The notes under the pieces were generated by a model. That model saw only the letters and a list, made by a program, of their open reading frames with translations, was not told the DNA's origin and ran no database searches. Positions 10,087 through 20,400 of a DNA stretch of 64,000 nt are shown piece by piece. How positions within the stretch are numbered: the first letter of the stretch is position 1; each line of letters begins with the position of its first letter. A program made the position numbers and the translations under genes. The DNA comes from Alphaproteobacteria bacterium (GTDB lineage Bacteria > Pseudomonadota > Alphaproteobacteria > UBA828). The stretch lies in the NCBI GenBank assembly GCA_963667785.2, contig CAXXMU010000002.1:64001-128000 (forward strand). The letters run 5' to 3'.

Positions 10087-10803
10087 CGTGCGCAGACCGA
10101 TGTAAGACGAATGCGGTCGCCGCAGGTGTCGCAGCCAGTCATTTGCTTTGCGAAGATCATCAAGCGGCGCGGCGTTTCGTCGCGCAACGCGCGTTTACTG
10201 CGACACGATCGCCAGAGTACGGCCGAGCGGGAGGCCATTGTCCACGCTCAACAACACGCGAGCGCCGAAGGCGATGTCGGCACCGATCAGGGCAGCTTGC
10301 CGCCCGGACAGGTGAAGTTGATGGAGAGCACCTACCGCGGCGTCGTCTTGCTCGCGACCCTGAAGCGCGACGAAATGTTCCGCGACGGTCGTCACGAAGA
10401 GCACGGTCGAATGCTCGAGGACGCCAGAAAGTCGCAGTCGGAACTGTTCTCCGGCGAGTGAGCGGTCACCGATTGCCGTGCGCTTCGTCGACCGCGGCAG
10501 CAGGATGCTGCAGGACTTGCACGAAGAAGCGGCTCTGAGTATCGACCCAGCGGCGAACATCCGGACCGCGAGAGACCGCCTTGGCGGCATGCCGGGACTG
10601 TCCCACGGATTGTCGGCGTTCTCCTTCCAGCAGCCGTAAGCGGTTTGAAGCTACTTGCGTGCCGACTCGCGATAGCTCCCGGCGGGCCTGCGTTTGCCGA
10701 CGGTTAGCGGAAACCACTCTGACAGGTCTCGTAACCGAAATGCCTGCTGCTACATTCGATGCGTCCAAGCAATGGACGCAACCAACACGGCCTTCGACCA
10801 TGT

Positions 10804-12549
10804 TCATCGCACAGCAATTGAGCGTGCGAACTCGTCCGCCCCCGCGTCCGCCGCACGCCGGAAGGACTGCAACGCGTCGTCCAGCCCGTCTCCAGGGTAT
10901 CGATACTCGTCGGGTACCGAATCGTAGCGTGCCTGGGCTCGTTCAAACGAGGTCTGCCATTGGCTCGTGAATCCCTCCGTCTTCGAAACGCAACCCGAGG
11001 CCGTCTGCTGGATCATCTCCAACTCGCCCCTCAGAAAGCCCAGAAAGTCATGGATCGCGACCTGCTGACGGCTGATCTTCTCGAAGTGATAGCCCATGGC
11101 CGCCAGATAGATCGCCTCGGGAAGCATGTGGGGGTGTTTCTTGGAGACCTTGCCGATGAACTTCGAATAGGCAGGGAGCTGCCTGCGGGAGAGACGACGG
11201 CGAACGATCATGAAGGCTGCATCGATCTCGTTCCTGCTCCTGGGCTTTCGAAGATGCCGGACGGGCTTCAGGTGCCTGAACAGGGTCAGGCAGCGGCTGA
11301 AGTAATTCTCCAGGGTCGGATCGTAGAGTGTGGTTAGCACGCGTTCGTAGCCCTCGATCAAGGTGCCGTAACTCATCTCCGTCCTGAAGTTGAGTGGCAT
11401 GGCACTGGTTCCGAGTGGGGCCTCCAGCAGCCGGTTTTCCGACTTCAGGCGCTCGTACATGTCCGTGCCCTTCAAGGCGGTCAACAAATAGATGGGGGCC
11501 ACAGGAATCCCGGTCTCCTGGACAAATTTTATCTGGGCATCGAACACGCCCTCGTCATCGCTATCCAGACCCAGGATGAACCCGCCCTGGACCTGCATGC
11601 CGTGCTGCTGGATTTTTCGAATGGCGTGGAAGAGGAAGTTCTCCTGGGTTTTGCTGGTGTTTTGCTGCTTCTTGGTCTTGAGCAAGGCCTCGGGGTTGGG
11701 GGTTTCGATGCCGACGAACACGGAATCGAAGCCGGCCTCGATCATGGCATCCATCATCGCGTCCATCAGCGCCAGGTTCGCGCTCGCTTCCGTCATCAGG
11801 GTGAACGGATATCCCTTGGCCTTTTGCCACTCGGCGATCGCCGGCAGCAGGTTCAAGGCATCCCGCTTGTTGCCGATGAAGTTGTCGTCAACCAGAAAAA
11901 CCGGGCCTCGCCAGCCCAGGCGGTAGAGGGAATCAAGCTCCTCCACGACCTGTTCCGGCGACTTGGTGCGGGGCACGCGGCCGTAGAGCTTGATGATGTC
12001 GCAGAATTCGCAGTCGAATGGACATCCCCTGGAGAACTGCACGCTCATCGTGGCGTAGTTCTTCAAGTCGATGAGGTCGAAGCGGGGAACCGGCGTCCGG
12101 GTCACGTCCGGCTTCCGTGTTTCCCGCCAGAATTTCTTGGCCGTGCCGGCTTCCAGGTCCTGCAGGAAATCCGCAAAGATTTCCTCGGCCTCGTCCAGCA
12201 CGAAGTGGTCCACGCCCACGATCTCCTCGTGAAACGTGGTCGGATGAGGTCCCCCTGCAACCACCGGAACGCCTTTTCGGTTGCAACGCTCGATCACCGC
12301 GCGTAGCGACACATGTTGCGTGATCATCGTGGACGTGAACACGTAATCCGCCCACTCAAGGTCGGCGTCCTGCAAGGCGCCCACGTTCATGTCGACCACG
12401 CGGAGCGCATAGCTCGGAGGAAACAACGCGGCGATCGTCAGCAGTCCCAGGGGCGGGTGGGTCGCCTTGACCCCCGTCAGCTCCAGCGCGTGGTCGGCCC
12501 CCCAGTAGGTCGGAGGGTGTTCCGGGTAGACCAGCAGAGCGTTTGGCAC
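10804..12549 (-). CDS. B12-binding radical SAM protein (DUF4070-type; SwfC-like)
   Basis: PPLGL and GGPHPT cobalamin-binding domain; SRGCPFDCEFC CxxxCxxC; VDDNF, GIET, GFILGLD. Confidence 0.92.
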   Translation of the reverse strand: MPNALLVYPEHPPTYWGADHALELTGVKATHPPLGLLTIAALFPPSYALRVVDMNVGALQDADLEWADYVFTSTMITQHVSLRAVIERCNRKGVPVVAGGPHPTTFHEEIVGVDHFVLDEAEEIFADFLQDLEAGTAKKFWRETRKPDVTRTPVPRFDLIDLKNYATMSVQFSRGCPFDCEFCDIIKLYGRVPRTKSPEQVVEELDSLYRLGWRGPVFLVDDNFIGNKRDALNLLPAIAEWQKAKGYPFTLMTEASANLALMDAMMDAMIEAGFDSVFVGIETPNPEALLKTKKQQNTSKTQENFLFHAIRKIQQHGMQVQGGFILGLDSDDEGVFDAQIKFVQETGIPVAPIYLLTALKGTDMYERLKSENRLLEAPLGTSAMPLNFRTEMSYGTLIEGYERVLTTLYDPTLENYFSRCLTLFRHLKPVRHLRKPRSRNEIDAAFMIVRRRLSRRQLPAYSKFIGKVSKKHPHMLPEAIYLAAMGYHFEKISRQQVAIHDFLGFLRGELEMIQQTASGCVSKTEGFTSQWQTSFERAQARYDSVPDEYRYPGDGLDDALQSFRRAADAGADEFARSIAVR

Positions 12550-12869
12550 GACCGGGTTCTCCTCTCCTCCACCCTCACGTCCGGCGACCAGCTATCGCCG
12601 AGGGCATGTCTTCAGGCGACGTTGGCGAGACCATGTCCAGACTTTACGAATTGGGCCTCAGTGGAAGCCGTTCTTAGCGCTGGCAGGGCTCTCGGTACCA
12701 ACCGCCCGAGTATCGCGATTGAGCAGTCAATCCGCGAGCGAGAGGCGCCCCCTAACGCCTCTCGGAGAGCGCAAAGTAGCAGGAAAGTGTCCTTAGTGCC
12801 CTGCCGAGTACGCACAGGTATACTGAGTCCGCTCGACACACCCATCCCGTGCAACGTTCGGAACAGGCG

Positions 12870-14054
12870 ATGGCACAGGAAACGACAGAGCCCCAAGGTA
12901 GATCCGGCCGTCCCAAGTGGATGGGCTACGCGCAGCTGATCCTGATATTGGCCGCCGTCGGAGTGGCCCTCTACTTCGCACAGGCGCCGAGCCGCGTGGA
13001 GCGCGACCCGATTTCCGACATGGCGCTCGACCAGGCCAAGCCCACCGTCGCCGTGATTCAGTCGGTGCCGACCGAGCAGGCGCTGAGGGTCGACCTGACA
13101 GGAGGGGTCACGCTGCACGGAAACGTCAAGGTCACCTCCGAAGTCGGCGGCCGCGTGGTCTGGGTCTCGCCCAGTTTCCGGAACGGCGGGTCGATCGCCG
13201 CGAACGAGGCCATCATCAAGGTCGATCCGGCGGAGTACGAGCTCGAGCTCGAAGTTGCCGCCGCGAAGGTCGCAAAGGCGGATGCCCGGGTCCAGATCGA
13301 GAAGGCCAAGGCGGAGGAAAGCCTGGCCACTTTCGCACGCGAGAACCCCGGAGCCGACATTCCCGAGCGGGTGCACCGCGCGGCGTACATCGCGAAGGCG
13401 GAAGCCGTGCTCATGGAGGCGCAGGCCGAGATGAAGCTGGCGCAGCTCCGGCTCGACCGAACCGAGATATCCCTTCCGTTCGACGTCCGGGTCGCAGCGG
13501 CGGACATCGATGTCGGCCAGTTTGTCGGCCCCGCCGAGCTGGTCGGCCGTGCCTCGTCATTGGGGTCCGTCTACCGAACCGACGCGCTCCAGGTCAGAGC
13601 GCCCATCGAACAGGAGAGCTTGGCCTATCTCGCGCCGGCCATCGGTCGCTCCGCCACGGTTCGGACTGCGGCAGGAATATACGACGCCGTGGTGGAGCGC
13701 ACGTCCGCAATCATCGGCCCCAAGTCCCGTCTGGCGAGGGTCTTCCTGAAGTTCGCTGCGGCTCACCCGTCGGATACGCTGCCGATGCCCGGCTCGTTCG
13801 TGGAGGTCTCGATCGCAGGGCCTGTGCACGACAACGTGCTCGTGCTGCCGGAATCGGCCATGCAGGATCAGGGCAGCGTCTGGATTGTCGAGGGCGGCGC
13901 GCTGAAGTCCGTCACGCCGCGCACGCTGGGATACGCCGACGGCGGCGTGGTGGTGGAGGCGTTCGAGGTGGGCGAGGGCATCGTCGTCGGCTCCTTGCCG
14001 GGAGCGCGAGAGGGATTGGCCGTCGAGGTCAGCGCCGCGCAGGCGTCGGAATAG
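12870..14054 (+). CDS. RND efflux membrane fusion protein
   Basis: N-terminal TM, EVGGRV lipoyl half, coiled hairpin, ISLPFD, PGSFVEV, LPESA. Confidence 0.88.
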   Translation: MAQETTEPQGRSGRPKWMGYAQLILILAAVGVALYFAQAPSRVERDPISDMALDQAKPTVAVIQSVPTEQALRVDLTGGVTLHGNVKVTSEVGGRVVWVSPSFRNGGSIAANEAIIKVDPAEYELELEVAAAKVAKADARVQIEKAKAEESLATFARENPGADIPERVHRAAYIAKAEAVLMEAQAEMKLAQLRLDRTEISLPFDVRVAAADIDVGQFVGPAELVGRASSLGSVYRTDALQVRAPIEQESLAYLAPAIGRSATVRTAAGIYDAVVERTSAIIGPKSRLARVFLKFAAAHPSDTLPMPGSFVEVSIAGPVHDNVLVLPESAMQDQGSVWIVEGGALKSVTPRTLGYADGGVVVEAFEVGEGIVVGSLPGAREGLAVEVSAAQASE

Positions 14055-14066
14055 CGGAGTCGGGCC

Positions 14067-17000
14067 ATGAGCATGACCGACGCCGGCAGCACCAACGCCG
14101 GGCCCGCGGCGCAGCCAGGCCCGACCGGCCTCACGTCGGGGCTGATCGCCTACTTCGCCGGCAACCGCGTTGCCGCCAACCTGCTGATGATTCTGCTGAT
14201 CGTCGGCGGCGTGCTTTCGGGGCTTCAGCTCATCGTCCAGTACTACCCGGATATCGAGGCGCGGCGGGCCGCCGTTTCGGTGCTGTATCCGGGCGCCGCG
14301 CCCCAGGAAGTCGAGGAGGACATCAACCGCCGCATCGAGGAAGCCGTCGTCGGGCTGCCGGGCGTCGAGCGCGTGGTGTCGACCGCAAGCCAGAGCCTCG
14401 GCAAGGTCACGGTAGAGATGGCGACCTTCGCGGATACCGACGCCGTCTTCAACGACATTCAGAGCGCCATCGACGGCATCGAGAACTTCCCGCCGGTCAG
14501 GGCGGAGCAGCCGGACGTCAGGCTGCTCAAGATCTCCCACGAGGTCATGACGCTGGCGGTCGTCTCGTCCAGTCTTTCCGAGGACGGACTGCGCCTCGCG
14601 GCGGAAGACCTGCGCGACAGGGTGCTGGCGCTGCCGTCGGTCTCTCAGGTGGGGCTGAAAGGCACCCGGGACCGTGAGATCACGATCGAGCTGAGCGAGG
14701 AGGAGCTGCGCCGCCACGGCCTCTCCATCGGCGAAGTGTCCAGAAAGGTCAGGCGGGCGTCCCTCAACCTCACCATGGGCGAGATACGGACGGGCACCGG
14801 CAGCGTGATCCTGCAGACCGTCGCCAAGAGGAGCGTCGGCCAGGATTTCCAGGACATTCCGCTGCTCACGCATAACGATGGCACGATCATGACGCTCGGC
14901 GACGTCGCCAGGATTCGCGACGGGTTCGTGGACGAGGAGGTGGTCACCGAGGTCAACGGCCATCCGGCGGTGCTGGTTCGCATCGATGCGACCGAGGAGC
15001 AGTCCGTCGTCGAGATGGCCGAGGAGATCAGGAATCTGCTCGCGGTCTATAGCCCGCCCGAAGGCGTGAGTGTCAGTATCTGGAACGACAACGCCAGCCC
15101 CATATTCGACCGGCTGCTGGAGATCGTGAAGAACGGGGCGATCGGCACGATCCTGGTGTTCATCAGCCTCGTTCTCGTCTTCGAGCTCCGCATCGCGTTG
15201 TGGATGACCGTCGGCATCCCCTTGTCGTTCGTGGGCTCGTTGCTCTTCTTCGACGCTGCAGACCTAACGCTCAATCTCGGCACGATTTTCGGCTTCTTCC
15301 TCCTGGTGGGCATCGTCGTGGACGATTCCGTCGTGGTCGGCGAAAGCATCGCGGCGGAACGCGAGAAGGGGAAGAATGCGCTCGACGCGGCGGTCTCGGG
15401 CGCGCGGGCCATGGTGGGTCCGCTCACCATCGGCGCCGTCACGACGATTCTGGCCTTCCTGCCATTCCTCTTCATCACGTCGCCCGCGTTCCAGATCGTG
15501 AACGTGTTCCCCTATGTCGCGATCCTCGTCTTGCTCGTCTCGCTGGTTGCGGCGTTCTTCATCCTCCCGGCGCATCTCTCGCACGGGAGGCGCTGGAGCC
15601 TCTCACCGCTGAGCGACGTGCAGACCCAGGTCGGAGGATGGCTGGACGAGGTGCGCGACAGGGTCGTGGCGCCTGCAGCCTCGTGGGCCGTGCGCAACGT
15701 CTGGCTGTCGATCGTCGGCGCACTCCTCGTTCTGGTCGCTGCCGTTCTGCTCCTCGGCTCCGATGCCGTTCGGATCGTCCTCTTCGACGAGAACCTGAGC
15801 AGCACCGACAACGTGCAGGCGGACATCTATCTGCCGGTGGGTGCGCCGTTCGAGGAGACGCTGGCTGCAGCCGACCGCTTCGTCGAGGCAGCGCACAGCC
15901 TCAACGACCGGCTGGAGGGCACCCCCGTCGACGCGGTGAGCATGATCGTCGGCAACATCGAGACAGGGCGGAAAGACGGGGAGAAGCTGAACAGCAGCCA
16001 TCTCGCCTCCGTGCGGCTGCATCTCAGCGACCAGGCCGATCGCAGCGCGAGCCCGCCCGAAGTCGAGCGAGCATGGCGCGAGGCCATCGGTTCCGTGACG
16101 AACCTGGAAAAGGCCGAATTCCGCTCCGGGCGCTTTGCCGCCAGGCCGAGCGTTTCCTACTCGCTCAAGCACGACCATATGGAGACGCTGAGAAGCGCGG
16201 CCGCGGAGCTGAGGGAGGGGATGGCGACCGTGCCGGGCATCTACGGCATCCATGATGACCTGGCGCCGGGCAAGCGCCACTTCGAGATTGAGCTGACCCC
16301 GGCAGGCAAGGCCGCAGGGCTGACGCCGGCACTGATCGGGACGCAGCTGCGCTCCAGCTTCCACGGCGTGGACGTCCAGCGCATCCAGAGGGGCCGCGAG
16401 GAAATCAACGTGGTGGTCAGGTATCCGGCCGAGCGGCGGCGCAGCCTGAGCGAGCTGGCCAGCGAACGGATCCAACGGCCGGGCGGCGGCGAAATCCCGC
16501 TCTCGCTGGTGGCGACGATCACCGAGAAGCGCGAGCCGGCGACGCTGACGCGGATCGACGGCAAGCGGGCGGCGCGCGTCAACGGGCGGGCGGACACTGC
16601 GGTGATCACGCCGATTCAGGCGCGGCAGGAGGTTCGCAACCAGGTCATTCCCGACCTTCTGGAGGCGTATCCCGGCCTTGCCATCGAGGTCGAAGCCGGC
16701 GCGCGGGACGAGAGCGACATGCTCGAGACGCTGGCGGTTCTCGTCCCCATCGTCCTGATCGCGATCTACGCCCTCATCGCGGCCTTCCTGCGCAGCTACT
16801 GGAAGCCGGTGATCGCGGTCGTGGGCATTCCCATCGCGTTCGCAGGCGCGATCGTGAGCCACTGGATACTCGGCTGGGATCTGACCACCATGTCGATCTT
16901 CGGCATGATCGCCGTCGGCGGCGTGGTCGTGAACGACGCCCTCGTGCTGCTGGACCGATACAACACGATCCGGCGGGACAATGCGACGATCCCCGCCATC

Positions 17001-17222
17001 GCCGCCGCAGCGGCCGCGACACGGCAGCGCTTCCGGCCGGTGTTCCTGACCACCCTCACCACGCTGCTGGGACTCTCGCCCCTGCTCTACGAGCGCAGTG
17101 ACGAGCTGGTCGGGTTCGTGCCCTTCGTCGTCAGCATGCTGGGCGGCCTCACGTTCTCCACCCTCTCGATCCTGTTCGTGCTGCCGGCATTAGTGATGAT
17201 CGTCGCGGGTCGTCACGACTAG
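14067..17222 (+). CDS. RND transporter permease (AcrB/AcrD/AcrF family)
   Basis: 1051 aa, NRVAANLL, YPGAAPQEVE, GIVVDDSVVVGE, RFRPVFLTTLTT. Confidence 0.93.
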   Translation: MSMTDAGSTNAGPAAQPGPTGLTSGLIAYFAGNRVAANLLMILLIVGGVLSGLQLIVQYYPDIEARRAAVSVLYPGAAPQEVEEDINRRIEEAVVGLPGVERVVSTASQSLGKVTVEMATFADTDAVFNDIQSAIDGIENFPPVRAEQPDVRLLKISHEVMTLAVVSSSLSEDGLRLAAEDLRDRVLALPSVSQVGLKGTRDREITIELSEEELRRHGLSIGEVSRKVRRASLNLTMGEIRTGTGSVILQTVAKRSVGQDFQDIPLLTHNDGTIMTLGDVARIRDGFVDEEVVTEVNGHPAVLVRIDATEEQSVVEMAEEIRNLLAVYSPPEGVSVSIWNDNASPIFDRLLEIVKNGAIGTILVFISLVLVFELRIALWMTVGIPLSFVGSLLFFDAADLTLNLGTIFGFFLLVGIVVDDSVVVGESIAAEREKGKNALDAAVSGARAMVGPLTIGAVTTILAFLPFLFITSPAFQIVNVFPYVAILVLLVSLVAAFFILPAHLSHGRRWSLSPLSDVQTQVGGWLDEVRDRVVAPAASWAVRNVWLSIVGALLVLVAAVLLLGSDAVRIVLFDENLSSTDNVQADIYLPVGAPFEETLAAADRFVEAAHSLNDRLEGTPVDAVSMIVGNIETGRKDGEKLNSSHLASVRLHLSDQADRSASPPEVERAWREAIGSVTNLEKAEFRSGRFAARPSVSYSLKHDHMETLRSAAAELREGMATVPGIYGIHDDLAPGKRHFEIELTPAGKAAGLTPALIGTQLRSSFHGVDVQRIQRGREEINVVVRYPAERRRSLSELASERIQRPGGGEIPLSLVATITEKREPATLTRIDGKRAARVNGRADTAVITPIQARQEVRNQVIPDLLEAYPGLAIEVEAGARDESDMLETLAVLVPIVLIAIYALIAAFLRSYWKPVIAVVGIPIAFAGAIVSHWILGWDLTTMSIFGMIAVGGVVVNDALVLLDRYNTIRRDNATIPAIAAAAAATRQRFRPVFLTTLTTLLGLSPLLYERSDELVGFVPFVVSMLGGLTFSTLSILFVLPALVMIVAGRHD

Positions 17223-17474
17223 TCGCGTCCCGTCGTGCGATTTGCGGCGGGCAACATGGGCCGCAGAGAGTCGTTTCCCGAATCGCCCGTCGCGATCACC
17301 CTGGATGACTCCAATGTCAACCACTTGATGTCACATGACAAATCAAACACCATGCACAGTCGTCGACAACCCACCAAGTGACCTGAAGGCTATGCTATCG
17401 AGGCGCAATGGGCATGCACGCGTGTCCGGCCCGTTCGCGGCCGCTACCGCCGTGCCCGGGCTCCGAGCGACAGC

Positions 17475-20400
17475 ATGACGTCGCAGAGGAGAGAAAGCGA
17501 CGTCGCCATCGTGGGATACGGCCATCGCATGCCCGGCGGCATCCGCTCGGACTCCGATTTCTGGCGCCTACTCACCGAGCGCGAGATCGTCCAGGAGCCG
17601 GTAAGAGATCGTTACGGCAGAGGCCACCTGCCGATCGGGGAATTTTCAGGCCCGGGGCGCCTTGCCAGTCCCTGGGAAGGACTGATCCGCGACAGCGACG
17701 AGCTGCTCTTCGACCGCACGCTGTTCGGAATGTCCCACAACGAAATGATGAAGACGGAACCGCAGGTCAGGATGCTGCTGAACTGCGCGTGGGAGACGAT
17801 CGAGCATGCCGGCTGGGACTTCCATGCGCTGCGCAACAGCCCCACCGGAGTCTTCGTCGGGGCGCAGCTTCCGGCCGTGTCCAACTGGCGGCCCCTGCAT
17901 GGCGTCAACGAGTACTCCGTCACCAGCATCAGCGTGGCCATGTTGGCCAACCGGATCTCGTACCACTTCAACCTCATGGGGTCCTCGATCGCGTACTGCA
18001 CGGCCTGCTCCGCCGGGCTGAGCGCCCTGCATGCGGCGATGAACGCGCTCCTGTGCGGCGACTGCGATCAGGCGCTCGTCGGGTCCGTCACCTACTTGGG
18101 CAGCGCCAGGATGGGCAGCAGCTTCAACCTCATGGGGGTCATCAGCCCGGAAGGCAAGTGCCACTCCTTCGACGCCCAGGCCAACGGCTACATGCGTTCC
18201 GAAGGCGCCTTCGTCTTCGCGCTGAAGCCCCTGGTGGCGGCGGAGCGCGATGGGGACCCAATTCATGCCGTGATCGAGGCGAGCGCGGTCAACGCAGCCG
18301 GCGCGGCGGACGATGCCGTCGGCCTGCCCCCGGGCCGCAACATCACCGCGCCGACCCGTCACGCACAGGTCGAGCTGATGCGCACCGCAGCCGCCCGTGC
18401 CGGGCGCACTGCCGGGGAGTTCGACTACCTCGAAGCCCATGCAACGGGCACCGTGGTGGGCGATCGCATCGAAGGCAACGCCATCGCGGAAGCGTTCAGC
18501 GGCTTCGATCGCGAGGTGCCGCTTCGGGTCTCGAGCGTCAAGAGCAACGTCGGGCATATGGAAGCGGCCGCATTCCATTGCGCGATGCTGAAGGTCGTCC
18601 TGATGATGCAACGGCGCACCTTTGCGCCGACATCGAAGAATCACCTGGTGCCGAATCCCGAGATCGACTTCGACCGCTGCCCGATGCGAGTGCAGACGGA
18701 AGTCGAGCCCTTTCCCGAACATCCCGTCGTCGTCGGTATCAACTCCTTCGGCTTCGGTGGCGCCAACGGGCACTGCGTGGTGCGCGAGTACCGCCCGGCG
18801 CGTCCCCGCATCTGGTCGGTGGCCCTGGCCCCGGAGGCCGGCTACGTCGTTCCCCTGTCGGCGCGCAATGCGAAGTCGCTCGCCCGGACCGCGGGGCAGC
18901 TTCGCGAGATGCTCGACCGGCGGCCTATGGATCTCTACACGCTGGCCGGCAATCTCAGCCGCCGTCGCACCCATTTCTCCACGCGCGCCGCGCTTGCGGT
19001 GCGCGACCTGCAGGAGCTCGAAGAGGGGCTCGATGCCGTTGCGGAGGAACGCGCCCCGGTCGCGACCGTAGAGGAGGGCGAGCCGCGGCTGACGATGGTG
19101 TTCGCCGGACAGGGCACGCAGTGGGCCGGTTGCGGCCGCGCGCTCTACGGCGCCGACCCCGTGTTTCGCCGCGTCATCGACGCGATCGAGGCGCACTGGC
19201 GCGAACATTCGGACGTTTCGCTGCGCGAGGCCTGCTTCTCCGCGCCGCAGTCGGAGCTCGACGAATGCGAGTTGGCTCAGCCCGTGATCTTCATGCTCCA
19301 GTGCGCGCTCGTCGAATTGTTCAAGACCTGGGGGGTCTATCCGGACTGCGTGGTCGGCCACAGCTCCGGCGAGGTGGCCGCGGCCTACGCCTGCGGAGCG
19401 CTTTCCCTGGGAGACGCGACGCGACTGGTCTTCCATCGCGCCACGTTGCAGCAACGCACCGCCGGGTCGGGCCGGATGCTGGCGATCGGCCTTGATCGTT
19501 GCGGCGTCGAGGAGTTGCTGGACACCCTCGATGTTCCCTTCCGGCTCGATGCGAACCGACCGGTCCAGGTCGAGATCGCCTGCGAGAATGCGCCTGCCAA
19601 TACCGTCATTTGCGGCAGCGAAACCGCCTTGCAGCCTGTCATCGAGGAGCTCGACCGGCGCAACCTGCAGAATCGGCTGGTTCCCGGAAACATCGCCTTT
19701 CACTCCCGGGCGATGGACGCCATCCGGGAGGACGTGGCGGCGGCGCTGTCCTTCCTTGATGAGCGCGCCTTCGACCTCGACGTTCCCTTCGTTTCATCGG
19801 TGACCGGCTGCCTCACCGAGCGCCTCGACAGCGCGTACTGGTGGTCGAACATCCGCCAGCCCGTGCGCTTTGCCGCCGCGATGGACATCGTCAAGCGCGA
19901 CCACCGGCCGCACGCGGTGCTCGAGCTTGCGCCGCACTGCGCGCTGCAGCCCGTCATCGCCCAATGCCTGGCCGACGGTGTGTCCACCCCGACCTCGATC
20001 GCGACATTCATGCGCGACGGCGATACGCGCAACGGTTTTCTCGAATCGCTGGGGGCTTTGTTCAGAGCCGGCGTGACCCTCGACTTCGCCTCCCGGTATC
20101 CGCGCCCCGAGCCCCTCCCTCACCTGCTGCCGGGACATCCGAGGGACGAGGAGAAGAAGGCGGATACCACGGCGGACGACGAGTTCCACAATCAGGCAGC
20201 CGAGTACTCTCACGGCCCGCTCGTCGGTCACCGGATCCCGTGCGATCACCTGATGTTCGAGGCGCGTTTCTCTGACCGGGCCTTTCCGTGGGCCGCCGAC
20301 CACGTGGTCCATCACGCGGCGATCATGCCGGCGACGGGCTACATCGAGATGGTTCTCGAGGCGTTCGGCGGGGTGCCGGTGCACTTCGACGTGATCGAGT

